37,372 nt of DNA from an uncultured Anaerolineales bacterium (GCA_964621895.1 CAZUMG010000004.1:4697-42068), one strand, 5' to 3'; counted from the first letter of the stretch, positions 8,585 through 17,811 are shown. Made by a program: numbers and translations. Notes: generated by a model from the letters alone, not told the origin.

Positions 8585-9066
8585 GCTCAGCAACCATCAT
8601 TCTCTGGTGTATCACTGCAGTATTGCTTCTATTTAGCTGGAAAGCAGGGCCGGAAACAGTTAACCGGGGATTCCACTTGGCATGGGCAACCACGAAACAG
8701 AACACCTTGTTGATTTTCTTGGCCTTCTTGATCGTTGGCTTTGTAAATATTCTTTCACCCCAGGAATTAGTAAAATCCTGGATTGGACCCGCTTCAGGGT
8801 GGCAGGGCATTATATTGGCAGAGTTTCTGGGAATGCTTCTTCCGGGAGGTCCGTACGTTGTTTTTCCATTAATCGCGATTCTTTTCCAAGCAGGAGCCGG
8901 CCTGGCTCCGATAATCACTTTGATTACCAGCTGGTCTACCCAATCACTGCTGACGATTGGGTTTGAACTGCCATTTATGGGATGGCGTTTTACATTAATT
9001 CGGTGGGGGATGGGGTTATTAATACCCCTTGCAGCTGGATTTACTGCTGTTATTTTATGGGGTTAA
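8581..9066 (+). CDS. Half-size integral membrane permease, subunit 2 (paralogue of the upstream gene)
   Basis: The ATG at 8581 overlaps the upstream stop as ATGA. Paralogous motif GMLLPGGPYVVFPLIAILFQAGAGLAPIITLITS. Confidence 0.55.
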   Translation: MSSATIILWCITAVLLLFSWKAGPETVNRGFHLAWATTKQNTLLIFLAFLIVGFVNILSPQELVKSWIGPASGWQGIILAEFLGMLLPGGPYVVFPLIAILFQAGAGLAPIITLITSWSTQSLLTIGFELPFMGWRFTLIRWGMGLLIPLAAGFTAVILWG

Positions 9067-9104
9067 TCAACCAGAAGGCATCACAGCCGGATTTGTTGGT
9101 GGCA

Positions 9105-9869
9105 TTATTCTGGATCTATCCAATCAGCCAAACGTTTTTTTAATTCCTTTTCCATATCCTGCAATAGGGCTTCGGCAACATCTTCATTTTCAGCTTTTGC
9201 AGTGATCCGGATCAGGACATACCCTTTTCCAGCAGCCAGGCCAACCGTGGGATTGGAAAGCTGTTCCAAGTCCATAATCAATGCGTCTATCTGGGATTCT
9301 CCTATTCTTTCAACCCGAAGATTGCGGATCAGGATTACCCCTGTTAGAGAGTATTTTGAAGTGATCCTGGGGATCACTTGCTCAACCAGCATTCCTTCCA
9401 TTTCCAGGGGCACACCAGGTAATGCAAAGATGCTGTTCTGCTCAATTTCCAGGTGAATTCCTGGAGCAGTTCCCCGGGGATTGGGAAGACTATCTGCCCT
9501 GTCGGGTAAAAATGCTTGCTGCTTGTTGTTTTCGGGTGGCTTAATACCATATTTCGAAAATCGACGAACGATTTCATCCCACAACTCTGGGTAAAAGATT
9601 AACTCTAGATTAAATGCCTGAGCTATCGCCTGCCTGGTCGGATCGTCAACAGTAGGGCCAAGACCTCCGGTCATGATCACGATATCTGCTCTTGTTATGC
9701 TCTCCAGGAGAATTTGAGAGATACGATCAGGATTATCTCCGATCGTGGATGTTCGAAATACATCAACCCCTATTTTCCGTAAAGCCTGGGCGATTACCTG
9801 GGTATTTGTATTGACAATTTCACCTAATAATAATTCTGTTCCTATCGTGATAATTTCCGCTTTTGGCAT
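9105..9869 (-). CDS. cinA: CinA-family molybdopterin-binding domain protein (short form without the PncC deamidase domain)
   Basis: N-terminus MPKAEIITIGTELLLGEIVNTNTQVIAQAL and TGGLGPTVDDPT, both typical of the CinA N-terminal domain. Confidence 0.7.
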   Translation of the reverse strand: MPKAEIITIGTELLLGEIVNTNTQVIAQALRKIGVDVFRTSTIGDNPDRISQILLESITRADIVIMTGGLGPTVDDPTRQAIAQAFNLELIFYPELWDEIVRRFSKYGIKPPENNKQQAFLPDRADSLPNPRGTAPGIHLEIEQNSIFALPGVPLEMEGMLVEQVIPRITSKYSLTGVILIRNLRVERIGESQIDALIMDLEQLSNPTVGLAAGKGYVLIRITAKAENEDVAEALLQDMEKELKKRLADWIDPE

Positions 9870-9982
9870 TGTTATATCCTATTTAGTTTTCCTGTTGTAT
9901 CTGCATTCCTGCTTGTCTGCTTACTGTCTGGATAGATGCTATCATCCATTTCCAGGGTCTTTTAATTTATTAGTAGCTACCT

Positions 9983-10010
9983 ACAAAAACAATCAGGGAT
10001 TGTCCCCTGG
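9983..10010 (-). terminator. Possible weak intrinsic terminator after livF
   Basis: On the minus strand: CAGGGgacaaTCCCTG, then ATTGTTTTTG. The stem is only 5-6 bp. Confidence 0.3.
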
Positions 10011-10074
10011 TTAAAAAAAAAGTCCTGAAATATATTTTAACATCTCAGTACTTTTTGATCTACAGTACAAGCTA

Positions 10075-10788
10075 TTATTCTATACCCAGATAAGCTTTTT
10101 GGACCATTTCATCCTTTCGCAAATTTTCAGCACTGTCTTTTAACACTATTTCCCCGGTTTGTAAAACGTAACCTCGATCAGCTACCGAAAGAGCAACCGT
10201 GGCATTTTGTTCAACAAGTAAAATTGTTGTTCCAGTCTTATTTATCTCTATAATGGTTTCAAAAACGCTTTCCACCAGGATGGGCGCCAAGCCCATGGAA
10301 GGTTCATCCATCAGGAGCAGCCTTGGACTTGCCATTAATGCCCTGGCAGTAGCCAGCATTTGCTGTTCGCCCCCTGACAAGGTTCCTGCCACTTGTTTTT
10401 GTCTTTCCTTAAGGCGGGGGAAGAGCTGGAATACCCGGTCCAGATCATCATCAAAACGTGTTCTGTCAGGCTGAGAATAGGCTCCCATATCCAGATTTTC
10501 AAAAACGGTTAATCTTGCAAAAATGCCTCTCCCCTCAGGAACCATCGTAATCCCTTTATAAACCAGCTGATGGGCCGGAGTATTCGAGATTTTTTCTCCC
10601 TCAAAGAATATTTCTCCAGATCGTGGTTGAATTAATCCGCTGATTGACCGGAGAGTAGAGGTTTTTCCAGCTCCATTTCCTCCAATCAGGGTCACGATTT
10701 CGTTCTCCTCAACGGTTAACGAGATTCCTTTCAGGGCGTGGATATTGCCGTAGTAGGTATGGATGTTATTGACTTCAAGCATAGCCAT
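10075..10788 (-). CDS. livF: Branched-chain/hydrophobic amino-acid ABC transporter, ATP-binding protein LivF type
   Basis: Walker A GGNGAGKTS, signature LSGGEQQ, Walker B LLLMDEP. Confidence 0.9.
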   Translation of the reverse strand: MAMLEVNNIHTYYGNIHALKGISLTVEENEIVTLIGGNGAGKTSTLRSISGLIQPRSGEIFFEGEKISNTPAHQLVYKGITMVPEGRGIFARLTVFENLDMGAYSQPDRTRFDDDLDRVFQLFPRLKERQKQVAGTLSGGEQQMLATARALMASPRLLLMDEPSMGLAPILVESVFETIIEINKTGTTILLVEQNATVALSVADRGYVLQTGEIVLKDSAENLRKDEMVQKAYLGIE

Positions 10789-10823
10789 AGTTACATTTCA
10801 CTTTGGAGATCTGCTCTGATAAC

Positions 10824-11591
10824 TCAGGCAGCTCCCCGTCCTAAATAAGACTCAATTACCTGAGGGTTCTTTTGGATCTCTCCCGGGGTACCTTTGGCAA
10901 TCAGCTGTCCAAAATCAAGCACATAAATATACTCACTGATACCCATAACAACTTTCATGTCATGTTCGATCAGCAAAATAGTGATTTTCAGTTCATCTCG
11001 CAGATTTTGGATAAACCGCATCATTGTCCTGGACTCATTGGGATTCATCCCGGCAGTTGGTTCGTCCAATAAGATAATTTTCGGTTTGTTAGCCAGCGCC
11101 CGGGCCATTTCAAGGCGGCGTTGTTCACCATATGGTAGATTGCGCGCTAATAGATCCCCTTTGCCTTGTAAACCAACGAAATTTAGCAGGTCCTGGGCAT
11201 CTTTCAGGGCTCGTTTCTCTTCTGCTCTTTGACTGGGAGTATGGAGGATCGCGGCAACCCAACTGGATTTAAGCTGGGGATGAGCCCCTACCAGGATGTT
11301 TTCAAGGGCTGTCATCGCTGGAAAGAGGCGGATGTTTTGATAGGTCCGGGATATTCCCTGGGTGGTAATACGATCCGGGGAATAACCCAATAATGACTTT
11401 CCCTGGAATAACATATTGCCTTCATCCGGGGGATAAAAGCCGGTAATTACATTAAACAAGGTTGTTTTACCAGCACCGTTGGGTCCGATGATACTGTAGA
11501 TCGACCCTTCTGGAATTTGGATGCTCACCTGGTTAACAGCCGATAAGCCGCCAAACCGTTTGGTTAACTTGTGGGTTTCAAGAATACTCAT
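10824..11591 (-). CDS. livG: Branched-chain amino-acid ABC transporter, ATP-binding protein LivG type
   Basis: Walker A GPNGAGKTT, LPYGEQRRLE, Walker B IILLDEP. Confidence 0.9.
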   Translation of the reverse strand: MSILETHKLTKRFGGLSAVNQVSIQIPEGSIYSIIGPNGAGKTTLFNVITGFYPPDEGNMLFQGKSLLGYSPDRITTQGISRTYQNIRLFPAMTALENILVGAHPQLKSSWVAAILHTPSQRAEEKRALKDAQDLLNFVGLQGKGDLLARNLPYGEQRRLEMARALANKPKIILLDEPTAGMNPNESRTMMRFIQNLRDELKITILLIEHDMKVVMGISEYIYVLDFGQLIAKGTPGEIQKNPQVIESYLGRGAA

Positions 11592-11593
11592 GG

Positions 11594-13159
11594 CTAACTC
11601 TCTTCTCCGATTAAACTTTCTTTCGGGGGTGGAATTTCCAATTCTCTTTCATGAAGCTCCATCCTCCTCCTTGGAGCGGGCCACAATCCCTCCGGGCGTA
11701 CTATCATCATGATCACTAACAGCGCGCCGAATACCAGCAGACGGTATAAATCCAGCTGACGGAGAACTTCCGGAAGTCCTTTGAGCACAAACGCGCCCAC
11801 AATTACACCAGGAATACTGCCCATACCGCCCACAATTAACAGGCAGAGCACATTGACAGAGACCATCAAGGTGTGGTCATCGGGCCCTGTATATTGGTTC
11901 CTGGCAGCAAATAGAGCTCCCCCTAAACCTGCAAAGGCAGCACCGGTTGCAAATGCCATTAATTTATAAAAAAGGGTGTTTATGCCCATCGCCTGAGCAA
12001 CGGTTTCATCTTCCCTCATGGCCATCCAGGCTCGACCCACCTTGGAACTTTGCAGGAAATTCGTAATAACAATGGTCAGCAATATTCCCAGGATGATTAG
12101 ATATAAATAGATCTTATCGCTGGTCAGGGGGTAACCAAAGAGAGTTGGACCAGCAATATCGCGAACTCCTTGGGGACCTCCCAAGTAGGGAGACATCATA
12201 TCACTGCGAATTAATACCCGGATGATTTCACCAAACCCAAGGGTAACGATGGCCAGGTAATCCCCTCGCATCCGAAGGACAGGCAAGCCGAGTAAAAGGC
12301 CAGTAAAGGCAGCAAAGACGACACTTAAAACCAACGCCGGCCAAAAACCAATTTGCAGGGGGATCGGTGCAGGAGAAGTTAGCAGCCCGGTTGTATAAGC
12401 GCCAATCGCAAAAAATGCCACATACCCCAGGTCTAACAAGCCGGCCAAACCAACCACGATGTTCAGCCCCAACCCCATCAGTACATAAATACCGACTGTA
12501 CCCAAAGCGTAACTCCAATACTTGCCTAAAAACTGGGGTACTAAAAATACGATCACCAGCAGTACCGTATAACCAATGATTTTAGATCGGGGGTTGGCCT
12601 TAAATTGTTTGACTATTTTGGCATCCTGGATCTTTCCTTTCAGCAATAAGGTTTGTTTCTGAATAGCTTCTCCAGTTTTGCGGGTCTCAAGGAAATAGGC
12701 CAGTAATCCGCCCAGCAAGCCGAAGATGAGGAAAATTCCAAAACTGATCAGGGAACCAGCGAGAAAACTTCTACCATAGAGCAGAAACTGAACCGACGGT
12801 CTGGCCAATTGAATTAAGTAATCCCGCATTTGAACATCAGCCCCATCAAGGAATCCGACCAGGTAGGTAAGACCACCAACCAGTAAGCCCATAACTAACC
12901 CTGCAGAAGTACCAGAAACCAGAGCTGCGTTCCATTCAAATCTGTGCGCTTTTGATGCTTGAGATCCTGCCCATAAACCCAGCAGACCAAATAACACCAT
13001 CAAGCCGCCCGTATTACCGGCTCTGGCGTTTGAAGGGAGGTTAAGAAAATCTCCAAAAATATCCGCAAGAGTTGTCGTCAAACCGAACAGAATTAGAAAT
13101 ATGATTACTACACCGAATACCAAGCCAGTTTGACTGCCATGTTTTAGGGTATTTTTCAT
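11594..13159 (-). CDS. livM: Branched-chain amino-acid ABC transporter permease, LivM type, with a long N-terminal membrane extension
   Basis: The C-terminal ~330 aa are LivM-like (LDLGYVAFFAIGAYT). About 190 extra hydrophobic residues sit at the N-terminus. Confidence 0.85.
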   Translation of the reverse strand: MKNTLKHGSQTGLVFGVVIIFLILFGLTTTLADIFGDFLNLPSNARAGNTGGLMVLFGLLGLWAGSQASKAHRFEWNAALVSGTSAGLVMGLLVGGLTYLVGFLDGADVQMRDYLIQLARPSVQFLLYGRSFLAGSLISFGIFLIFGLLGGLLAYFLETRKTGEAIQKQTLLLKGKIQDAKIVKQFKANPRSKIIGYTVLLVIVFLVPQFLGKYWSYALGTVGIYVLMGLGLNIVVGLAGLLDLGYVAFFAIGAYTTGLLTSPAPIPLQIGFWPALVLSVVFAAFTGLLLGLPVLRMRGDYLAIVTLGFGEIIRVLIRSDMMSPYLGGPQGVRDIAGPTLFGYPLTSDKIYLYLIILGILLTIVITNFLQSSKVGRAWMAMREDETVAQAMGINTLFYKLMAFATGAAFAGLGGALFAARNQYTGPDDHTLMVSVNVLCLLIVGGMGSIPGVIVGAFVLKGLPEVLRQLDLYRLLVFGALLVIMMIVRPEGLWPAPRRRMELHERELEIPPPKESLIGEES

Positions 13160-14256
13160 CAGACCTTCTCCTCTGATAAGACTTCACCCACAATACCTGA
13201 TGGCCGGAAGATCAATACCAGAACCAGGATCGAAAATGCAATCACATCTTTAAGCTGAAAATCTATCCCCAAGGCTGCAGGCCCGAGGGACTCTACAATC
13301 CCAAGGAAAATCCCACCAATCATAGCTCCCGGAATATTACCAATACCTCCCAGCACTGCAGCAGTGAAAGCTTTTATACCGGGGATAAAACCAACATAGT
13401 GGTAAATGATCCCGTTGTGAATTCCCCACATCACCCCGGCAGCTCCTGCCAGAGCACCACTGATAATAAAGGTATTGCTGATGATGCGGTTAACATTAAT
13501 TCCCATCAATGCCGCTGTTTGTTTATCCTCGGCGACGGCTCGCATCGATCTTCCATAACGGGTCCTCATCACCAGGGTATAAAGAGCAATCAGAAGTAAA
13601 ATGGATAATACAAAGGTTAATACCCCTGTGTAGGTGAGAATGACCTCCTGCCCCCCGATCGGTAATCTCCAGCCTACACTGCGGGTTAATGCCGAAGGGT
13701 TATCGTAAATCCTGCGTTTTGGGCCAAACGTAACCTGGGCCGCATTTTGCAAGAAGATGGAGGCACCGATGGCGCTGATTAATGGAATCAGCCGCGGTGC
13801 ACCTCTGAGCGGCCGGTAAGCAATCCGCTCTAGAAAATATCCACTGAGTGCAGCGATAAACATCCCAACCAGGAAGGCGAGGACAACAGATAGGATCTGA
13901 TAGGAGTCCAGAAAACTCATCCCGGTGACCTGGTCAACGGTGATAGACCGTAAAATCTCAAAGATAAAATATCCGGAAAATGCTCCCAACATCATAATTT
14001 CGCCATGGGCAAAATTGATCATAAAGAGGATGCCGTACACCAGAGTATACCCGATGGCGATCACCGAATAAACGCTGCCAATAATCAAACCACTCAGGGC
14101 AAAACGAACCCAGGTATCAGGACCATAGACCCCTGAACTGATTACTGTATACAGTCGCCAGCTTAAAAAAGCTAAAAATAATACTGAAATAATGGCTTGG
14201 GCAATTCGAAACGCATCGATGGGGGTTGCTGATGACTTGGGGATGGATTCACTCAT
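13159..14256 (-). CDS. livH: Branched-chain amino-acid ABC transporter permease, LivH type
   Basis: INFAHGEIMMLGAF motif and a polytopic profile. 1-nt overlap with livM. Confidence 0.85.
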   Translation of the reverse strand: MSESIPKSSATPIDAFRIAQAIISVLFLAFLSWRLYTVISSGVYGPDTWVRFALSGLIIGSVYSVIAIGYTLVYGILFMINFAHGEIMMLGAFSGYFIFEILRSITVDQVTGMSFLDSYQILSVVLAFLVGMFIAALSGYFLERIAYRPLRGAPRLIPLISAIGASIFLQNAAQVTFGPKRRIYDNPSALTRSVGWRLPIGGQEVILTYTGVLTFVLSILLLIALYTLVMRTRYGRSMRAVAEDKQTAALMGINVNRIISNTFIISGALAGAAGVMWGIHNGIIYHYVGFIPGIKAFTAAVLGGIGNIPGAMIGGIFLGIVESLGPAALGIDFQLKDVIAFSILVLVLIFRPSGIVGEVLSEEKV

Positions 14257-14362
14257 CGTTAACCTTCTTTTTCATTAACTATTTTCTCAAAGTTAAGGGA
14301 TGTGCGAGGCAAGCAGAAGCTTGCCTCGCAATTTTCATCCGATTTCGAAAATTATTTATTTG

Positions 14363-15571
14363 CTAGGGAAGGACCCAAGCACCATCTTTGACTACCAGGA
14401 AGGAAGGACCGGAGGCATTACAATCACCGGCGTTGCAGGTGAGTGTACCGGTAAGACCTTCGTATCCAGTCAGTCCATTGACAGCAGCTATCAGGGCTTC
14501 TCGCGGGATATACAGGTTACCGTCATCACCAAGAATGGCAACAGATTTAATCGCCTGAATTAATGCATCCACGACATCGTATCCATGCCAGGTGAAAGTG
14601 GAGACTGCCCCGGGAGGATCACCGTAGACGCTCGCGAAGCGAGTATTGAATTCTTCAACGCGCGGGTTGGAGAGTGGTGCACCAGAGGCCGCATAAACGC
14701 CTTCGGAATTTGCACCAGCCAACTCAATGAAGGTATCACCAAAGGTTCCATCATCACTGAACAGGATAACACCTTCCAAACCAGCAACAGGCATATCTTT
14801 GGCAATAACCGCAGCTTCAGGATAGTATCCGCCATAATAAATGGCATCCGGAGCGGCAGCACCAACATCAGTCAGAACAGCGCTGTAATCCGTTTCGCCA
14901 GGGGAAACTGCTTGAACGGCAACAACTTCACCACCAAGGCTCGTGAAAACATCCTGAACTTTTTCGGCCACACCCTTACCGTAGGCATCACCGTCATGCA
15001 TTACAGCTAACTTCCGTGCACCAAGCACGCTGTACAGATACTCAGCAGCAAATTGACCCTGAATATCATCTGTGAAGGGGATGCGGTTAAACACATCCTG
15101 ATCACCACCAACGAGGTCAGCGCGGGTAGCTGATGCTGAAAGCATGGGTAATCTGGCGTCATTGAAGATCGGGATGGCAGCAGCCGTGGAACCAGAGAAA
15201 GTGAAACCGTCTATAGCTACAACATCAGGATCAGAAACGTAAAGGTTTGCCACAGAGGCGCCACCTTCACCACTGCCCTGGGTATCCTCGATCAGGAGCT
15301 CAAAATTGAATCCATCGACACCACCGGCCGCATTGGCATCTTCAACAGCCAGCAAACCGGCATTGGAGATGTCGATACCAAAGGCTGAGTAGTCACCAGC
15401 CATAGGTCCACCAAAACCGATTTTTACGGTTTTACCGGCGTCGATGACAGCACACACAGATTCATCCGGGTTCTCTGCGCATTGCTCGGGAGCTTTTGCT
15501 CCCCCACCGCAGGCAGCTAAGATTAAGCTGACAGCGATCAAGACACTAAAGAAATAATATCTCTTTGACAT
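14363..15571 (-). CDS. livK: ABC transporter substrate-binding lipoprotein, LivK/LivJ (type I periplasmic binding protein) family
   Basis: Signal peptide with lipobox LAAC. Acidic type-I binding-protein-like body. First gene of the liv operon, preceded by a GGAGGA Shine-Dalgarno. Confidence 0.8.
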   Translation of the reverse strand: MSKRYYFFSVLIAVSLILAACGGGAKAPEQCAENPDESVCAVIDAGKTVKIGFGGPMAGDYSAFGIDISNAGLLAVEDANAAGGVDGFNFELLIEDTQGSGEGGASVANLYVSDPDVVAIDGFTFSGSTAAAIPIFNDARLPMLSASATRADLVGGDQDVFNRIPFTDDIQGQFAAEYLYSVLGARKLAVMHDGDAYGKGVAEKVQDVFTSLGGEVVAVQAVSPGETDYSAVLTDVGAAAPDAIYYGGYYPEAAVIAKDMPVAGLEGVILFSDDGTFGDTFIELAGANSEGVYAASGAPLSNPRVEEFNTRFASVYGDPPGAVSTFTWHGYDVVDALIQAIKSVAILGDDGNLYIPREALIAAVNGLTGYEGLTGTLTCNAGDCNASGPSFLVVKDGAWVLP

Positions 15572-16066
15572 ACTGTTTTCCTCCTTAGGAAAATTTCGAT
15601 TTGTTTATACGTTGTGTTCCGGGTTAATCAACTTTATCCCTTGCACCTCCTTTTTATAAAGAAGAAAAATCCTGTACAAGTAATTATAATAGACATTCCC
15701 ACCATATCAGGAGGGGGTTACCTGTGTTTTCTGCTGACAGCATCTATTTTAATAACCGCACATCAGACGGGATTTCCCTTCAATCCACTAGGGTTTTTTC
15801 CCGGTATTTTTTGATTCAGGGTATGCATAAACAACAACTATAAATAGTAAAAAACTTAGCAATTTTTGTTTAGGGAAGTTGATAATCAGATAATTATCAC
15901 TTGAAAGTGCAGTATAACATAATTCGAATTTATAACAAGGACTTGATTTCGGTTTATTCTATAAATCAATAACCTCAGCTTTTTCAATTTGGCCGGTTGA
16001 CCCTCTTGCTAATGTAGATTAACAATTGGGGAGATTTATTTTTTTTAATCTCGAAGCTCAAGGAAT

Positions 16067-16864
16067 TTAACTTTCTGCCGGGCGCTGTAAACCCCGGGCA
16101 GGGAGAGTAAATCCCCCATCAGCAATGATGGTCTGACCCCGGATCATGCTTGCTGCCGGGGAACATAAAAAGGCTACAATCTGAGCCACATCCTCCGGGG
16201 TGACGATGCGTCCAGCAGGTGTCTCCGCCGCGATCTCCTTCAGTAAATCTTGATCCTGCAGAGCATTAAAATGCTGCAGCGCTTCTGTGGCGACGATCCC
16301 TGGAGAAACTGCATTGACGATGATATTCTTAGATGCCAACTCCACTGCAAGATAACGGGTAAGGGATTCAATGGCTGCTTTGCTAGCACCGACTACCGCA
16401 TAATCAGGCAGCACCCGGAAAGATCCTGGACTTGATATACAGACAATCCAGCCGCCGCCTCGTTTTACCATCAGCGGAACAGCTTTTTGTGCCAAAAATA
16501 AATACCCTTTGGCATTTATGTCCATGGTCCAATCCCATCCCTTGGACCGCTGTTCCATGATTGGCCGATTGTAGCCTGATCCAGCATTGCTGATTAAGAA
16601 ATCTAATCCCCCAAAAATCTGCTCGGTTTCCCCTACCAGCCTTGATATATCATCCATTTCCCCCACATTGGCTTTGATGATTTCTGCCCTGCCCCCAAGA
16701 TTCCTGATTTCTCTGGCAGTCTGCTCGGCAGGGTCCCGGTTTCGAAAATAATTCACAACAACATTTGTGCCCAAAGATGCAAAATGCAGCGCAATGGCTT
16801 TACCTATCCCTCGTCCCGATCCAGTAATTAAGGCGATTTTTCCCTGATAAAAGGTTTGATCCAT
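16067..16864 (-). CDS. fabL: Enoyl-[acyl-carrier-protein] reductase, FabL type (SDR superfamily)
   Basis: TGSGRGIGKA cofactor loop, Y-x6-K (YAVVGASK), and FabL-like blocks WDWTMDINAK, LTRYLAVELA, IIVNAVSPG, MIRGQTIIADGG. Confidence 0.75.
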   Translation of the reverse strand: MDQTFYQGKIALITGSGRGIGKAIALHFASLGTNVVVNYFRNRDPAEQTAREIRNLGGRAEIIKANVGEMDDISRLVGETEQIFGGLDFLISNAGSGYNRPIMEQRSKGWDWTMDINAKGYLFLAQKAVPLMVKRGGGWIVCISSPGSFRVLPDYAVVGASKAAIESLTRYLAVELASKNIIVNAVSPGIVATEALQHFNALQDQDLLKEIAAETPAGRIVTPEDVAQIVAFLCSPAASMIRGQTIIADGGFTLPARGLQRPAES

Positions 16865-17026
16865 GTCTTTCTCCTGAGCCGGATTTAGGTCTATTCTATC
16901 AAGCGGTTGGTAAAAACACCAGCTGCAAATATGGATAGCTTCGTGAAACTGGAAAGTTTTACCATCTCAACCAGATAGGTGTTTAGAGGCTCACATTGGC
17001 GATATTTACTCGACAATCCAAGCAAC

Positions 17027-17045
17027 CCATAGACATTATCTATGG
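17027..17045. promoter_or_regulatory. Perfect 7-5-7 palindrome next to a consensus -35 box; candidate operator for the arsR-tusA-hdr operon
   Basis: CCATAGA-catta-TCTATGG at 17027-17045. TTGACA at 17053-17058. arsR ATG at 17165. Confidence 0.35.
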
Positions 17046-17164
17046 CTTTATATTGACAAGGCCAATGGAGCTTGTGATGAATTGTACTTATATTCATGGA
17101 CTACCCGTCCTATACTTACATTGATGCGTAATTAAATAATCGGTTTATTGATTGATTAAATAAA

Positions 17165-17449
17165 ATGAACCCAATCGAAATCTCTGAAGCGCAGGAACAA
17201 GCAGAATTCTGTGGGATATTAGGAAACTCCCAAAGAATACGAATCGTATGGGCACTGGGGAAGCAGGAATTGACCGTTGGTGAAATCGCTAAGGAAATTG
17301 AAGCTTCCATGCAGAATACCTCCCAGCATCTGCGCCTGATGAAAAATAAGGGAGTTCTGCAGTCCAGAAGGGATGGAAGAGAGATTTACTACCGGATTGC
17401 CGATACAAAATACAGCAGAGCTTGTTCAGTGATCTCAAAAAACCGTTAA
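17165..17449 (+). CDS. ArsR/SmtB-family winged-helix transcriptional regulator
   Basis: ILGNSQRIRIVWAL...LTVGEIAKEIEASMQNTSQHLRLMKNKGVL..RRDGREIYYRI. Confidence 0.8.
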   Translation: MNPIEISEAQEQAEFCGILGNSQRIRIVWALGKQELTVGEIAKEIEASMQNTSQHLRLMKNKGVLQSRRDGREIYYRIADTKYSRACSVISKNR

Positions 17450-17482
17450 GCCAATTATATTGCATTACTTAAGGAGAAAGAT

Positions 17483-17737
17483 ATGTCCCCGGAAGAATTA
17501 GAACAACTAGAAAGCGCTGAAACTGTTGACGCCCGGGCAATGGCCTGCCCCGGTCCCCTGCTGGAAGCCAAGAAAAGCATTGGCAAGGTCAAGGTGGATG
17601 AAGTCCTGGAATTATGGGCTGGTGATCCCAATACAAAAATGGATATGCCCCGCTGGTGTGCCAAAGTCGGTCATGAGTACCTGGGAGATTTGCAGGCTGA
17701 CGGATATGATCGATTGTTTATCCGCCGGAAAAAATAA
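17483..17737 (+). CDS. tusA: TusA/SirA-family sulfur carrier protein
   Basis: DARAMACPGPLLEAKKSI (Cys-Pro-x-Pro active-site motif), ~80 aa. AAGGAG Shine-Dalgarno upstream. Confidence 0.85.
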   Translation: MSPEELEQLESAETVDARAMACPGPLLEAKKSIGKVKVDEVLELWAGDPNTKMDMPRWCAKVGHEYLGDLQADGYDRLFIRRKK

Positions 17738-17752
17738 GCCTATCAGAGTTTC

Positions 17753-17785
17753 GTATCCCGTAAATCAGTCTTTTTTGCGGGATAC
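17753..17785 (+). promoter_or_regulatory. 8-bp-stem hairpin between tusA and the MvhD-like gene (attenuator, processing site or operator)
   Basis: GTATCCCG (17753-17760), 17-nt U-rich loop, CGGGATAC (17778-17785), followed by tgctttgcttg. Confidence 0.35.
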
Positions 17786-17811
17786 TGCTTTGCTTGAATA
17801 AGGATTACTTT

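Noticed and set aside
11594-13159. Long N-terminal extension of LivM as a fused extra domain
   Set aside because: The extension is only additional hydrophobic helices with no recognisable soluble domain. LivM-type permeases are known to vary in N-terminal length.
15614-15814. 66-aa + strand ORF in the AT-rich spacer
   Set aside because: It has a GTG start, no ribosome-binding site and a low-complexity hydrophobic translation. It lies in the probable livK promoter and leader region.
16031-16052. Hairpin GAGATT-N10-AATCTC downstream of fabL as a terminator
   Set aside because: The stem is only 6 bp, the 10-nt loop is A-rich on the transcribed strand, and no U-tract follows it.
16891-17097. 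68-aa minus-strand ORF upstream of fabL
   Set aside because: It has no convincing Shine-Dalgarno and no recognisable motif. It overlaps the palindrome and -35 region assigned to the divergent arsR promoter. It is left uncalled.
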